Source: Candidatus Saccharimonadota bacterium (GTDB lineage: Bacteria; Patescibacteriota; Saccharimonadia; Saccharimonadales; UBA4665). Taken from it: a stretch of DNA of 32,000 nt. Both the position numbers and the translations under genes were made by a program. The stretch lies in contig OY970350.1 in NCBI GenBank assembly GCA_963718045.1, positions 60,001 to 92,000 on the forward strand, read 5' to 3'. Positions 10,045 to 17,908 of the stretch are shown here, piece after piece. Below the pieces are notes generated by a model. It worked only from the letters and a program-made list of their open reading frames with translations. It was not told the origin of the DNA and did no database searches. Positions within the stretch are counted from its first letter, which is position 1. Each line of letters starts with the position of its first letter.

Positions 10045-11586
10045 ATGGATAGTGCTAAGAGCCAGTTGATTGATCGCCTAAAGACCGCCAATTCGATATT
10101 GGTGACAGTGAGCGCTAATCCTTCAGTCGACCAACTGGCAGCTTGTATTGGTCTGACTCTCCTTATTAACAAGCTAGACAAGCATAGCTCAGCTGTCTTT
10201 AGCGGTAACATTCCTTCAACAATTGAATTTTTAAAGCCTGAGGAAACATTAGAAAAGACCCCAGACTCATTGCGCGACTTTATTATTGCCTTAGACAAGA
10301 GTAAAGCAGACAAGCTTAGATATAAGGTCGAAGACCAGATGGTCAAAATCTTTATTACGCCTTATCGGACTTCGCTCACCGAGGATGACTTTGAATTTAG
10401 CCAAGGAGATTTTAATATTGAGCTTGTTATTGCCCTTGGCGTACAAAAACAAGAAGACCTCGATCAGGCAATTGTGGCTCATGGCCGAATCCTCCACGAC
10501 GCGACAGTAGCCTGTATAAACACTATCCAGCCAACTGATATAGGTAATATTAGCTGGCAGGAACCAACCGCCAGCAGTTTATGTGAACTTGTAGCAGATC
10601 TAGCCATGGCTCTCGGCGATGAGTTGCTTGATGGGCAGATATCTACTGCCTTGCTCACAGGTATAGTCGCTGAGACTAATAGATTCAGTAATGAGAAGAC
10701 TTCCCCTCAGACTATGAGTGTTAGCTCTAAACTTATGTCAAGTGGAGCCAACCAGCAGTTAGTAGCCACTAATCTATCTGTACCTGTTAGCGTGAAAGAA
10801 CTGGAGGGACAGAAAAATCCAGTAAATAATGGTCAATCAGACGCCGGAGCTTTAAACATTCAGCATGGTAATAGCGAAGAAGCAGTATCAGCAACGCCAC
10901 CAACACCATCAAATACTGAAAACTTACAAATAGAAGGCGAGAACCAAAATAGTCAGGGTGATGTTCCTGAACTTGAGACCCAAGATAATTCAAATAAGAC
11001 ACTTTCCGGTTCGCCAAAACTAGTGACTGAGCCGCCAACATTAGGCGGTACTTTAACGGCCAATACAATGCCTGAATATTATGAACAATCATCTGATTCA
11101 ATGAGCAATGCTGTAGCACCACCAGTCAACCCAACTCCTTCGTATACCCCACCTCCTTCCGACTGGTTGCCGCCAACACCGCCTACAATCCCCACAAATG
11201 CTGAACCGGCACAAGATCTAACTTTACCAACAACAGAAAATAAGAAAGATAAAACAGGCGAAACTTTAGAGCAGCTTGAACAAGATGTAAATAGCCCCCA
11301 TTTGAGAAATAAAGTAGACAGTGCCAGAAAACAAGTTAAGTCAGCTGTAGTTGATTCAGACAAAGACCTAGACTTAAATGCCATACCTTTAGGTGAGCCC
11401 CTACACGAACCACCAAAAGAACCTGAAAAAACGGCTAATCCGAATAATACAACTGGCTTAGACCCTTCGTTATTTAGTGAATTGCCAAGTAAAGACTCTG
11501 TTCCGCCAGTACCGCCGCCGCTGAATATCCCGATGGAAAATCCTTCAGCTAGCAACGACAACAACAATCCTCCAACCAGCTCTTAA
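10045..11586 (+). CDS. DHH-fold (NrnA-like) protein with degenerate catalytic motifs and about 270-aa proline-rich disordered tail
   Basis: The start is re-called to ATG 10045 (MDSAKSQL...); the track TTG 9982 adds 21 non-conserved residues. The N-terminal 250 aa align by eye to the DHH domain: ILVTVSANPSVDQLAACIGL corresponds to H-x-NPDGDAIGS, and TALLTGIVAETNRFSNEKTSPQT to TALYTGIVTDTGSF. The DHH tripeptide position reads INT. The tail is rich in P/T/S/N with PPP runs. Confidence 0.6.
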   Translation: MDSAKSQLIDRLKTANSILVTVSANPSVDQLAACIGLTLLINKLDKHSSAVFSGNIPSTIEFLKPEETLEKTPDSLRDFIIALDKSKADKLRYKVEDQMVKIFITPYRTSLTEDDFEFSQGDFNIELVIALGVQKQEDLDQAIVAHGRILHDATVACINTIQPTDIGNISWQEPTASSLCELVADLAMALGDELLDGQISTALLTGIVAETNRFSNEKTSPQTMSVSSKLMSSGANQQLVATNLSVPVSVKELEGQKNPVNNGQSDAGALNIQHGNSEEAVSATPPTPSNTENLQIEGENQNSQGDVPELETQDNSNKTLSGSPKLVTEPPTLGGTLTANTMPEYYEQSSDSMSNAVAPPVNPTPSYTPPPSDWLPPTPPTIPTNAEPAQDLTLPTTENKKDKTGETLEQLEQDVNSPHLRNKVDSARKQVKSAVVDSDKDLDLNAIPLGEPLHEPPKEPEKTANPNNTTGLDPSLFSELPSKDSVPPVPPPLNIPMENPSASNDNNNPPTSS

Positions 11587-11594
11587 GGTTAGGG

Positions 11595-11600
11595 TATACT
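11595..11600 (+). promoter_or_regulatory. -10-like TATACT 12 nt upstream of truB ATG
   Basis: GGGTATACT is followed by tcctaattagct and then ATG 11613. No SD lies between them. There is no good -35. Confidence 0.3.
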
Positions 11601-11612
11601 TCCTAATTAGCT

Positions 11613-12305
11613 ATGGAAGGTATATTGCTGGTAGATAAACCTGTTGGTTGGACATCTTTTGACGTCGTTAATTTAATTCGAAAGACAATTGCTTATGCCG
11701 AGAATCTTAAACCGGCTAAGGTAAAAGTTGGTCACACTGGGACACTTGATCCTTTAGCTAGCGGCCTTCTTGTCTTGCTCATTGGCAAGAAGTATACAAA
11801 AATGGCTACAGAACTAACTAAACTGGATAAAAAATATATTGTCCAGATGAAGTTAGGCGAAATAACAGATAGCATTGATCTTGAAAGTGAACCACGGTTT
11901 TACTCGTCGATTAAACCTTCTAAAGCACAAGTTATTCGTTCATTCCAGTCTTTTGAGGGAAATATTATGCAAATGCCGCCAGCTTTTTCAGCTCTTAAAA
12001 TTAACGGCCAAAGAGCCTATGATTTGGCCCGAAAAGGCAAACAAGTGGAGCTTAAAGTAAGGCCGGTTACTATTTACTCCATCAAACTGACTAAGTACGA
12101 ATATCCGGATGTAAGCTTTAAGGCGAGTGTTTCTAGCGGTACGTATATCCGTTCATTAGTACTAGATATCGGCAATTCGTTGAAGAGCGGGGCATATATG
12201 TCTGGTCTTCAAAGAACCTCTGTTGGTGACTTTAAACTGAAAGACAGTCTAAAGATTGACTCTGTCAGTTTTGAAAAGATTAACAGCCATTTATTGTTTA
12301 TCTGA
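11613..12305 (+). CDS. truB: tRNA pseudouridine(55) synthase TruB (short form, no obvious PUA domain)
   Basis: It has the catalytic Asp motif GHTGTLDPLASGLLVLLIG, plus FSALKINGQRAYDLAR and SSGTYIRSLVLDIG. It is only 230 aa, so the C-terminal PUA domain of longer TruBs appears to be absent. Confidence 0.9.
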   Translation: MEGILLVDKPVGWTSFDVVNLIRKTIAYAENLKPAKVKVGHTGTLDPLASGLLVLLIGKKYTKMATELTKLDKKYIVQMKLGEITDSIDLESEPRFYSSIKPSKAQVIRSFQSFEGNIMQMPPAFSALKINGQRAYDLARKGKQVELKVRPVTIYSIKLTKYEYPDVSFKASVSSGTYIRSLVLDIGNSLKSGAYMSGLQRTSVGDFKLKDSLKIDSVSFEKINSHLLFI

Positions 12306-12323
12306 TAACATTTAAATCAGCTC

Positions 12324-12352
12324 TTGTAAAACAGATATAAATATGCTACCAT
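12324..12352 (+). promoter_or_regulatory. Candidate rpsO promoter TTGTAA-17 nt-TACCAT
   Basis: The -35 TTGTAA is at 12324-12329 and the -10 TACCAT at 12347-12352. Ten nt (ttacgcaaca, no SD) then lead to ATG 12363, implying a leader of only a few nt. Confidence 0.35.
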
Positions 12353-12362
12353 TTACGCAACA

Positions 12363-12629
12363 ATGATTACGTCCGAGAAGAAAGCCGTCGCAATTAAAAG
12401 CGTCCAGGCTGATAAGGCAGATACCGGTAGCTCTGAAGTACAGGTAGCAATACTGACTGAACGCATTAAAGAGCTGACTGATCATTTGGCTAATAACAAG
12501 CATGATTTTATGGCCCGCCGCGGACTTTTACAGATGGTAGGCAGACGCCGCCGCCTGCTAAAGTATATTGCTAAACACGATAGTGAAAAGTATCTAGAGG
12601 TTATTAAAAAGCTAGGAATTCGAAGATAG
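12363..12629 (+). CDS. rpsO: 30S ribosomal protein S15
   Basis: 88 aa. GSSEVQVAILTERIKELTDHL...HDFMARRGLLQMVGRRRRLLKYI is the canonical S15 sequence, and rpsO-pnp synteny is conserved. Confidence 0.95.
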   Translation: MITSEKKAVAIKSVQADKADTGSSEVQVAILTERIKELTDHLANNKHDFMARRGLLQMVGRRRRLLKYIAKHDSEKYLEVIKKLGIRR

Positions 12630-12760
12630 TTCGTTAGTAGACTAATTTGCTTTATTTTATTCAAGCAGGGCAGCTTACCAACGCCTCTTCAGGCAAGGAT
12701 AAGAATATTAAATCTAAAATACCAAGGAATAGTCTTAAGAACTAATGAAACTATCTGGGC

Positions 12761-12800
12761 CAGAGCAACAGGTATACGACCAAAGTATAGCTGGACTCTG
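12761..12800 (+). promoter_or_regulatory. Imperfect 13-bp hairpin in the rpsO-pnp leader
   Basis: Pairings are CAGAG 12761-65 with CTCTG 12796-800, CAG 12769-71 with CTG 12791-93, and TATAC 12773-77 with GTATA 12785-89. The loop is gaccaaa. It ends 32 nt before the pnp ATG. Confidence 0.35.
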
Positions 12801-12832
12801 TCTCAGAACGTCAGTCTTGGTGAAAGGAAAAC

Positions 12833-14989
12833 ATGAGTCAAACAATAAATCCTAACGGTAAAAAAATAACAGTCGTTGAAACTGAATTTTGCGGACGTAA
12901 ATTAAGCCTAGAGGTTGGACGGGTAGGTTTTAGAACCTCAGCCACAGTCCTTGCTCGTTATGGAGACACAGTTGTACTTGGTACGGCTATGGTTTCTCCG
13001 GAAGCAGCCAGCGGCTTCGATTACTTCCCAATGAGCATAGATTACGAGGAACGTTTTTATGCGTCAGGCAAGATAAGCGGCTCCAGATTTATTAAAAGAG
13101 AAGGCAGGCCGTCAGATGAAGCTATCTTAATTGGCCGCTTAATAGATCGGCCGATTAGGCCTCTATGGCCAAAAGGCTACCGCAATGAAGTCCAGGGAAT
13201 TGCCACCATGCTTAGCATGGATCCGAGATTCAGGCCTGATGTTATAGCTATGATTGCTCTCTCCGCTGCCTTTATGCTCACCGGTGCGCCATTCGATGGT
13301 CCAATAGCCGGGTTAAGAGTTGGTTACGGTGAGGACGGCAAACTCAGTGCGTTCTTATCCCCCGAGCAGCTAAAAGCTGGCGGTTTGGATTTAGTTGTCG
13401 CTGGCACTGAAAAAGGCGTAACTATGGTTGAAGCTGGTTGTAGCGAAGTCAGTGAAGAAAGTATTGTTGAAGCAATTAAGTTTGCTCACGCTGCAATGCA
13501 GCCGGCAATTGCCTTGCAAAAAGAATTGGTTTCTAAAATAGGAGCAGCAAAACAAGAGTATGAGCTAGCTTTACCCGACGAAAATATTCAAAAAGAGGTA
13601 GATAAATGGCTGGAAGGGAAGATGGGCGATAACCTGAGGAAGCCATACCCAGAAAGAAATGATCTTGTTGCTGAATTAAAACACCAGACCTTTGAACACT
13701 TTAGAGAGCAATTGGGTGAAGAATTTGACCCGCTAAGGTCCAGTTATGACGAAGCCTTTACACTAGCCCTTCACAAAGATATTAGAAATGAAATTGTTCA
13801 AAAAAAGGTCAGACCCGATGGCCGTAAGCTCGATGAAATCAGGCTGTTAAGCAGCGAAGTGGGTATTTTACCCCGGGCCCACGGTTCAAGCCTGTTTACC
13901 CGCGGTTTAACCCAGGCTTTAAACATAGTCACCTTAGCTCCTTTAAGCTATGTCCAGATAATAGACACTATGGAGCAGGGCGGTGAGAAGCGCTACATGC
14001 ATCACTACAACGCTCCAGGTTATACAGTCGGTGAGATTAGAAGACTTGGCAGTCCAGGCAGACGGGAAATTGGTCACAGCTACTTAGCTGAACGAGCATT
14101 ACTTCCGGTTATTCCTGAGGAATCTGTCTTCCCATACACCATCCGTTCAGTTACAGAGATTATGTCCCAGAATGGTTCGACTTCCATGGCTGCAACCTGT
14201 TCCAGCTGTCTGGCTTTAATGGATGCCGGAGTTCCTCTGAGGGCACCGGTTAGTGGTATTGCTATGGGCCTAGTCCTAGATGGAGATAAGCCAATAATCT
14301 TAAGTGACATTGCCGACGCTGAAGACTTTGCTGGTGATATGGACTTTAAGGTTGCTGGTACCTCTAAAGGCATTACAGCCCTTCAAATGGACATGAAACT
14401 GCACAGTTTGCCGGTCGATGTATTGAATTTGGCTTTAACCCAAGGTAAGGCTGGACGGGCATTTATCTTAGAGCATATGCTATCTACCCTTAAAGGACCA
14501 AGAGATGCCATGAGCGAATATGCTCCTCGAGTTGAAAGTATTCAGATTAACCCAGATAAAATCCGAGAAATTATTGGTAAAGGCGGTGAAGTGATTCAGA
14601 AGATTACCGCTGAGACCGGCACTGACATTAATATTAAAGATGACGGCACAATAATGATTGCCAGCCCGGATCTTGACTCTATATCGGCTGCCAAGCAGTG
14701 GATTAAGAGCATCGTCGAGGAACCTGAAGTAGGTCGAATCTATCTCAATGTACCTGTTGTTAACGTCATGGACTTTGGTGCCTTTGTCCAAATACTACCG
14801 GGCAAAGACGGCCTGGTTCACGTCAGTGAAATGAGTGAAGAAAGAGTCAATAAACCAAGTGATGTCGTTAAAGAAGGTGATAAGGTTAATGTTAAATTGG
14901 TCGCAGTTGACGACCGCGGACGCTTGCAGTTAAGCATGAAGGCTGCCGCCCGGGAACTTAATAAGGACAATGGAAAGAAAGATTCTTAA
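12833..14989 (+). CDS. pnp: Polynucleotide phosphorylase
   Basis: It has two RNase PH-like domains (GRLIDRPIRPLWP; FAGDMDFKVAGT), a KH domain (IREIIGKGGEVIQKI) and an S1 domain (VVNVMDFGAFVQILPGKDGLVHVSEM). The SD-like GAAAGGAAA lies upstream. Confidence 0.95.
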   Translation: MSQTINPNGKKITVVETEFCGRKLSLEVGRVGFRTSATVLARYGDTVVLGTAMVSPEAASGFDYFPMSIDYEERFYASGKISGSRFIKREGRPSDEAILIGRLIDRPIRPLWPKGYRNEVQGIATMLSMDPRFRPDVIAMIALSAAFMLTGAPFDGPIAGLRVGYGEDGKLSAFLSPEQLKAGGLDLVVAGTEKGVTMVEAGCSEVSEESIVEAIKFAHAAMQPAIALQKELVSKIGAAKQEYELALPDENIQKEVDKWLEGKMGDNLRKPYPERNDLVAELKHQTFEHFREQLGEEFDPLRSSYDEAFTLALHKDIRNEIVQKKVRPDGRKLDEIRLLSSEVGILPRAHGSSLFTRGLTQALNIVTLAPLSYVQIIDTMEQGGEKRYMHHYNAPGYTVGEIRRLGSPGRREIGHSYLAERALLPVIPEESVFPYTIRSVTEIMSQNGSTSMAATCSSCLALMDAGVPLRAPVSGIAMGLVLDGDKPIILSDIADAEDFAGDMDFKVAGTSKGITALQMDMKLHSLPVDVLNLALTQGKAGRAFILEHMLSTLKGPRDAMSEYAPRVESIQINPDKIREIIGKGGEVIQKITAETGTDINIKDDGTIMIASPDLDSISAAKQWIKSIVEEPEVGRIYLNVPVVNVMDFGAFVQILPGKDGLVHVSEMSEERVNKPSDVVKEGDKVNVKLVAVDDRGRLQLSMKAAARELNKDNGKKDS

Positions 14990-15197
14990 GTTTAAAAAAC
15001 TGTATAAATCATCTCGGCTAGTTATGCTGTCTGCTTCAGTAGCCGAAGGTGCTATTTTCTACGGCTTTGCGTGCCTTTCAATTGACCGCGGTAATCTATG
15101 GTGGTATCTGCTTGCCCTTATATTTTTAGTCAGAACGTTAAAAGATATTGGCCGTTTAATAGGAAGCTATTTGCCCCATGGACGAAAAACAGCGTGA
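14970..15197 (+). CDS. Possible small two-TM membrane protein (uncertain)
   Basis: This 75-aa ORF fills the 188-nt gap between pnp and the UDG gene and overlaps each by 20 nt. It has two hydrophobic segments (LVMLSASVAEGAIFYGFACLSI; LWWYLLALIFLV). The SD is weak (AAGGAC) and I recognise no homology. Confidence 0.3.
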   Translation: MERKILKFKKLYKSSRLVMLSASVAEGAIFYGFACLSIDRGNLWWYLLALIFLVRTLKDIGRLIGSYLPHGRKTA

Positions 15198-15795
15198 ACT
15201 AGATACGTTAAAGAAGAAGATTATACGGGATAATATCTGTCCAGGTCTTAAAGCCCAGGCAACCCAATTAGTTTTTGGTGACGGAAGTCCTGATAGCGAT
15301 ATTGTCTTTATTGGTGAAGCACCAGGTAAAAATGAAGATTTAAAGGGGCTGCCTTTTGTTGGTGCTGCCGGTAAGTTTCTTGATGAAATGCTTGAAACTA
15401 TAGGGATGAAGCGGACTGACGTATATATTACCAATATCGTTAAATACCGACCACCGGATAACCGGGATCCCTTACCTGAAGAAAAGAAAGCTTTTCTGCC
15501 GTACCTAAGGGCTCAGCTAGAGATTATTAAGCCTAAGCTGGTTGTTACGCTAGGACGCCACAGCATGAACTGCTTTTTACCAGACTTACAGATATCCGTT
15601 ATTCACGGCCAGCCTAAGCGGATCACTATAGCTTCCGACAAGCTAAAGGGAGGCATGAAGGTGGTTATTATGCCCCTATTTCACCCAGCAGCAGCCCTTT
15701 ATAACGGCCAAATGAGATCAACTTTAATCGAAGACTTTTCACTTATACCAAGTGTTATAGAAACGTTATCTAAACAAGGAAAAAATAATGGATAG
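15178..15795 (+). CDS. Uracil-DNA glycosylase, family 4-like
   Basis: The family-4 core is present: VFIGEAPGKNEDLKGLPFVGAAGKFLDEML, plus NIVKYRPPDNRDP and LFHPAA. There are only two Cys in the whole protein. Confidence 0.85.
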   Translation: MDEKQRELDTLKKKIIRDNICPGLKAQATQLVFGDGSPDSDIVFIGEAPGKNEDLKGLPFVGAAGKFLDEMLETIGMKRTDVYITNIVKYRPPDNRDPLPEEKKAFLPYLRAQLEIIKPKLVVTLGRHSMNCFLPDLQISVIHGQPKRITIASDKLKGGMKVVIMPLFHPAAALYNGQMRSTLIEDFSLIPSVIETLSKQGKNNG

Positions 15796-17815
15796 AAATT
15801 ACCATAACCATAAAGAACCACTTAGTCAACCAAAAGACCAGAACATGCTTTCTAGCATGACGCCTATGAACACATCACGCGGCCAGGCAGTCAGAGCCCA
15901 AAGACGTTCATTAGCTGATGCCCAACGCATCGCTAACCAGTACCAAACTGCTGAGAAAGTTAATCCTAAAAGGGCTAATGTCATTGATGACAGCCCGAGA
16001 CTAAAGATTATTGGTCTTGGCGGTATGGATGCCGGCGGTTCTAAGAACATGATTCTAGTCGAATATATGGACGATGCTGTAGTAATAGACTGCGGCAACC
16101 ATTTAGGTGTAGACCTGCCTGGTATTAACTACGGTATAGCTGACCCTTCTTACTTAGACAGCATTAAACATAAGCTTAAGGCTTACATAATTACCCACGG
16201 ACACTTAGACCATATCGGCGGGTTGCCGCATATTGTACCTAAATATCCGGCACCAATTTACGGATCTAAGTTCACTATCGGTATGGTTGAACGGTTCTTT
16301 GAGAACTTTGGTCAACCAATGCCTGAAGGCTTTGAACTGAAAACAGTATCTATGAACGAAGAAACGCATGAACGGCTTAAAATAGGCCAGTTCTTTGTTG
16401 AGCTAGTCAGGATTACCCATTCCATACCTGGCAGCACCTGTGTGGTACTAGATACTCCTGTCGGCCGGATTTTTTGTACCGGCGATTACCGGCTTGATCC
16501 AAACCCACTGGACCACGAACGAACTGATATTGACCGCATAAAACAATTAAGTCAGGAAGGTGTTTTGGTTCTGCTTAACGAGTGCATGTCTTCAGAAAGA
16601 CTGGGCCGCACACCGTCCGAAAGTACCATCGAGCCAACGTTTATTGATCTGTTTGAGAAAGCACCAGGCCGAGTCTTTGTCGCTGTCTTCTCGAGTAACA
16701 TTAACCGTATTCAAATGCTGGTTAATGCTGCCGTTGCCCATGGCCGGAAGATTGCCATGGATGGACGAAGTATGATGAGTACGCTTGAAGTGGCTGTTGA
16801 ACTGGGCATGATCCGCATTCCCAAGGGCACATTTGTGCCAATTGCCAGTGTGCCTAACATGAAAGATAACGAAATTGTTATTATCTGTACCGGGGCACAA
16901 GGCGAGCCAGGCAGTGCGCTGGAGCGGATGTCTACCGGTGACCACAAATACATTAAAATCAAAGAACAAGATACAGTTATTTTATCTAGTACGCCTATAC
17001 CTGAGACCGGCAACGATAAATTAATTGGCAATATGGTGGATGATTTAGTTAAGAAGGGTGTATATGTTTTTCGTCATGTCACCCACGAGATAGATAAGTG
17101 CGGTCCGCTGCATGTTAGCGGGCACTGTTCGCTAGATGAATACATGGACATGATCGACTTTGTTAAACCGAAGTTCCTGATCCCAATTTACGGTTCCTTT
17201 AGAGCCCAGAAATACCATATCGAAGAGGCTATAAACCGTGGTTTCCCCAGAGCTAATGCGTCCTACATTAATAATGGCGAGATCTTTAGTTTTACGCCTA
17301 ACAGCATGCAAAAGACAGGCGAGGTGCCGGTCGGTACTGTTCTTGTAGACCAGACTGGCTCGGTAGTCTCAAACGTAGTCGTTAAAGACCGTGTCCTATT
17401 GAGCGAAGAAGGGCTTGTAGCTGTCGTCTTAACTATAGATAAGAAGAGTGGAGCACTTCTAACCAGCCCGGACATTATTAGCCGGGGCTTCATATACATG
17501 AGAGACAACGAAGAGATAATGAATGGTCTAAGGGACGAATTAAAGAGAGCTGTCAGCCAAAGATATAAAAGGATAGATATTGACCGCTTTAAAGCTGAAC
17601 TTAAAGACCATGTTACCCACTACCTGTTTGAGCATACCGGCCGGAGTCCGATTATTATCCCAGTTGTCAATATTGTTGGTAACGGCGGCGGCAAGTCAGA
17701 TAATCACGGCCAAGAAGTAAAGACTAAGTCGGCTGAAGAAATTGCTGCCGAACAGCAAAGACGCTTCCAGGAAATGCGGGCCCGTTTGCTTACCCAAGAC
17801 GCTGGTGTTGATTAG
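15788..17815 (+). CDS. rnj: Ribonuclease J
   Basis: Metallo-beta-lactamase motif ITHGHLDHIGG, a beta-CASP region and the RNase J C-terminal domain are present. The conserved core begins at LKIIGLGGMDAGGSKN, about 70 aa into the ORF. The ATG overlaps the UDG stop (ATGGATAG). Confidence 0.9.
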   Translation: MDRNYHNHKEPLSQPKDQNMLSSMTPMNTSRGQAVRAQRRSLADAQRIANQYQTAEKVNPKRANVIDDSPRLKIIGLGGMDAGGSKNMILVEYMDDAVVIDCGNHLGVDLPGINYGIADPSYLDSIKHKLKAYIITHGHLDHIGGLPHIVPKYPAPIYGSKFTIGMVERFFENFGQPMPEGFELKTVSMNEETHERLKIGQFFVELVRITHSIPGSTCVVLDTPVGRIFCTGDYRLDPNPLDHERTDIDRIKQLSQEGVLVLLNECMSSERLGRTPSESTIEPTFIDLFEKAPGRVFVAVFSSNINRIQMLVNAAVAHGRKIAMDGRSMMSTLEVAVELGMIRIPKGTFVPIASVPNMKDNEIVIICTGAQGEPGSALERMSTGDHKYIKIKEQDTVILSSTPIPETGNDKLIGNMVDDLVKKGVYVFRHVTHEIDKCGPLHVSGHCSLDEYMDMIDFVKPKFLIPIYGSFRAQKYHIEEAINRGFPRANASYINNGEIFSFTPNSMQKTGEVPVGTVLVDQTGSVVSNVVVKDRVLLSEEGLVAVVLTIDKKSGALLTSPDIISRGFIYMRDNEEIMNGLRDELKRAVSQRYKRIDIDRFKAELKDHVTHYLFEHTGRSPIIIPVVNIVGNGGGKSDNHGQEVKTKSAEEIAAEQQRRFQEMRARLLTQDAGVD

Positions 17816-17891
17816 CGTAAGGGTAGAGGATATAGTAGTGGTCTAGGCACTCAATCCTAGAGGTTCTTGACTAATTTACCAACAGATTAAG

Positions 17892-17900
17892 TGGTATAAT
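17892..17900 (+). promoter_or_regulatory. Extended -10 promoter TGgTATAAT immediately upstream of ftsK
   Basis: TG is at 17892-93 and TATAAT at 17895-17900. Eight nt (ttatatcg, no SD) then lead to ATG 17909. A TTGACT lies 22 nt upstream, which is too far for a normal -35. Confidence 0.5.
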
Positions 17901-17908
17901 TTATATCG

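Noticed and set aside
11079-11567. A 162-aa Gly-rich minus-strand ORF (GGGTGGT, GGVGG).
   Set aside because: It is the reverse-complement mirror of the proline-rich tail of the DHH-like gene (CCN codons read as NGG). It has no independent signal.
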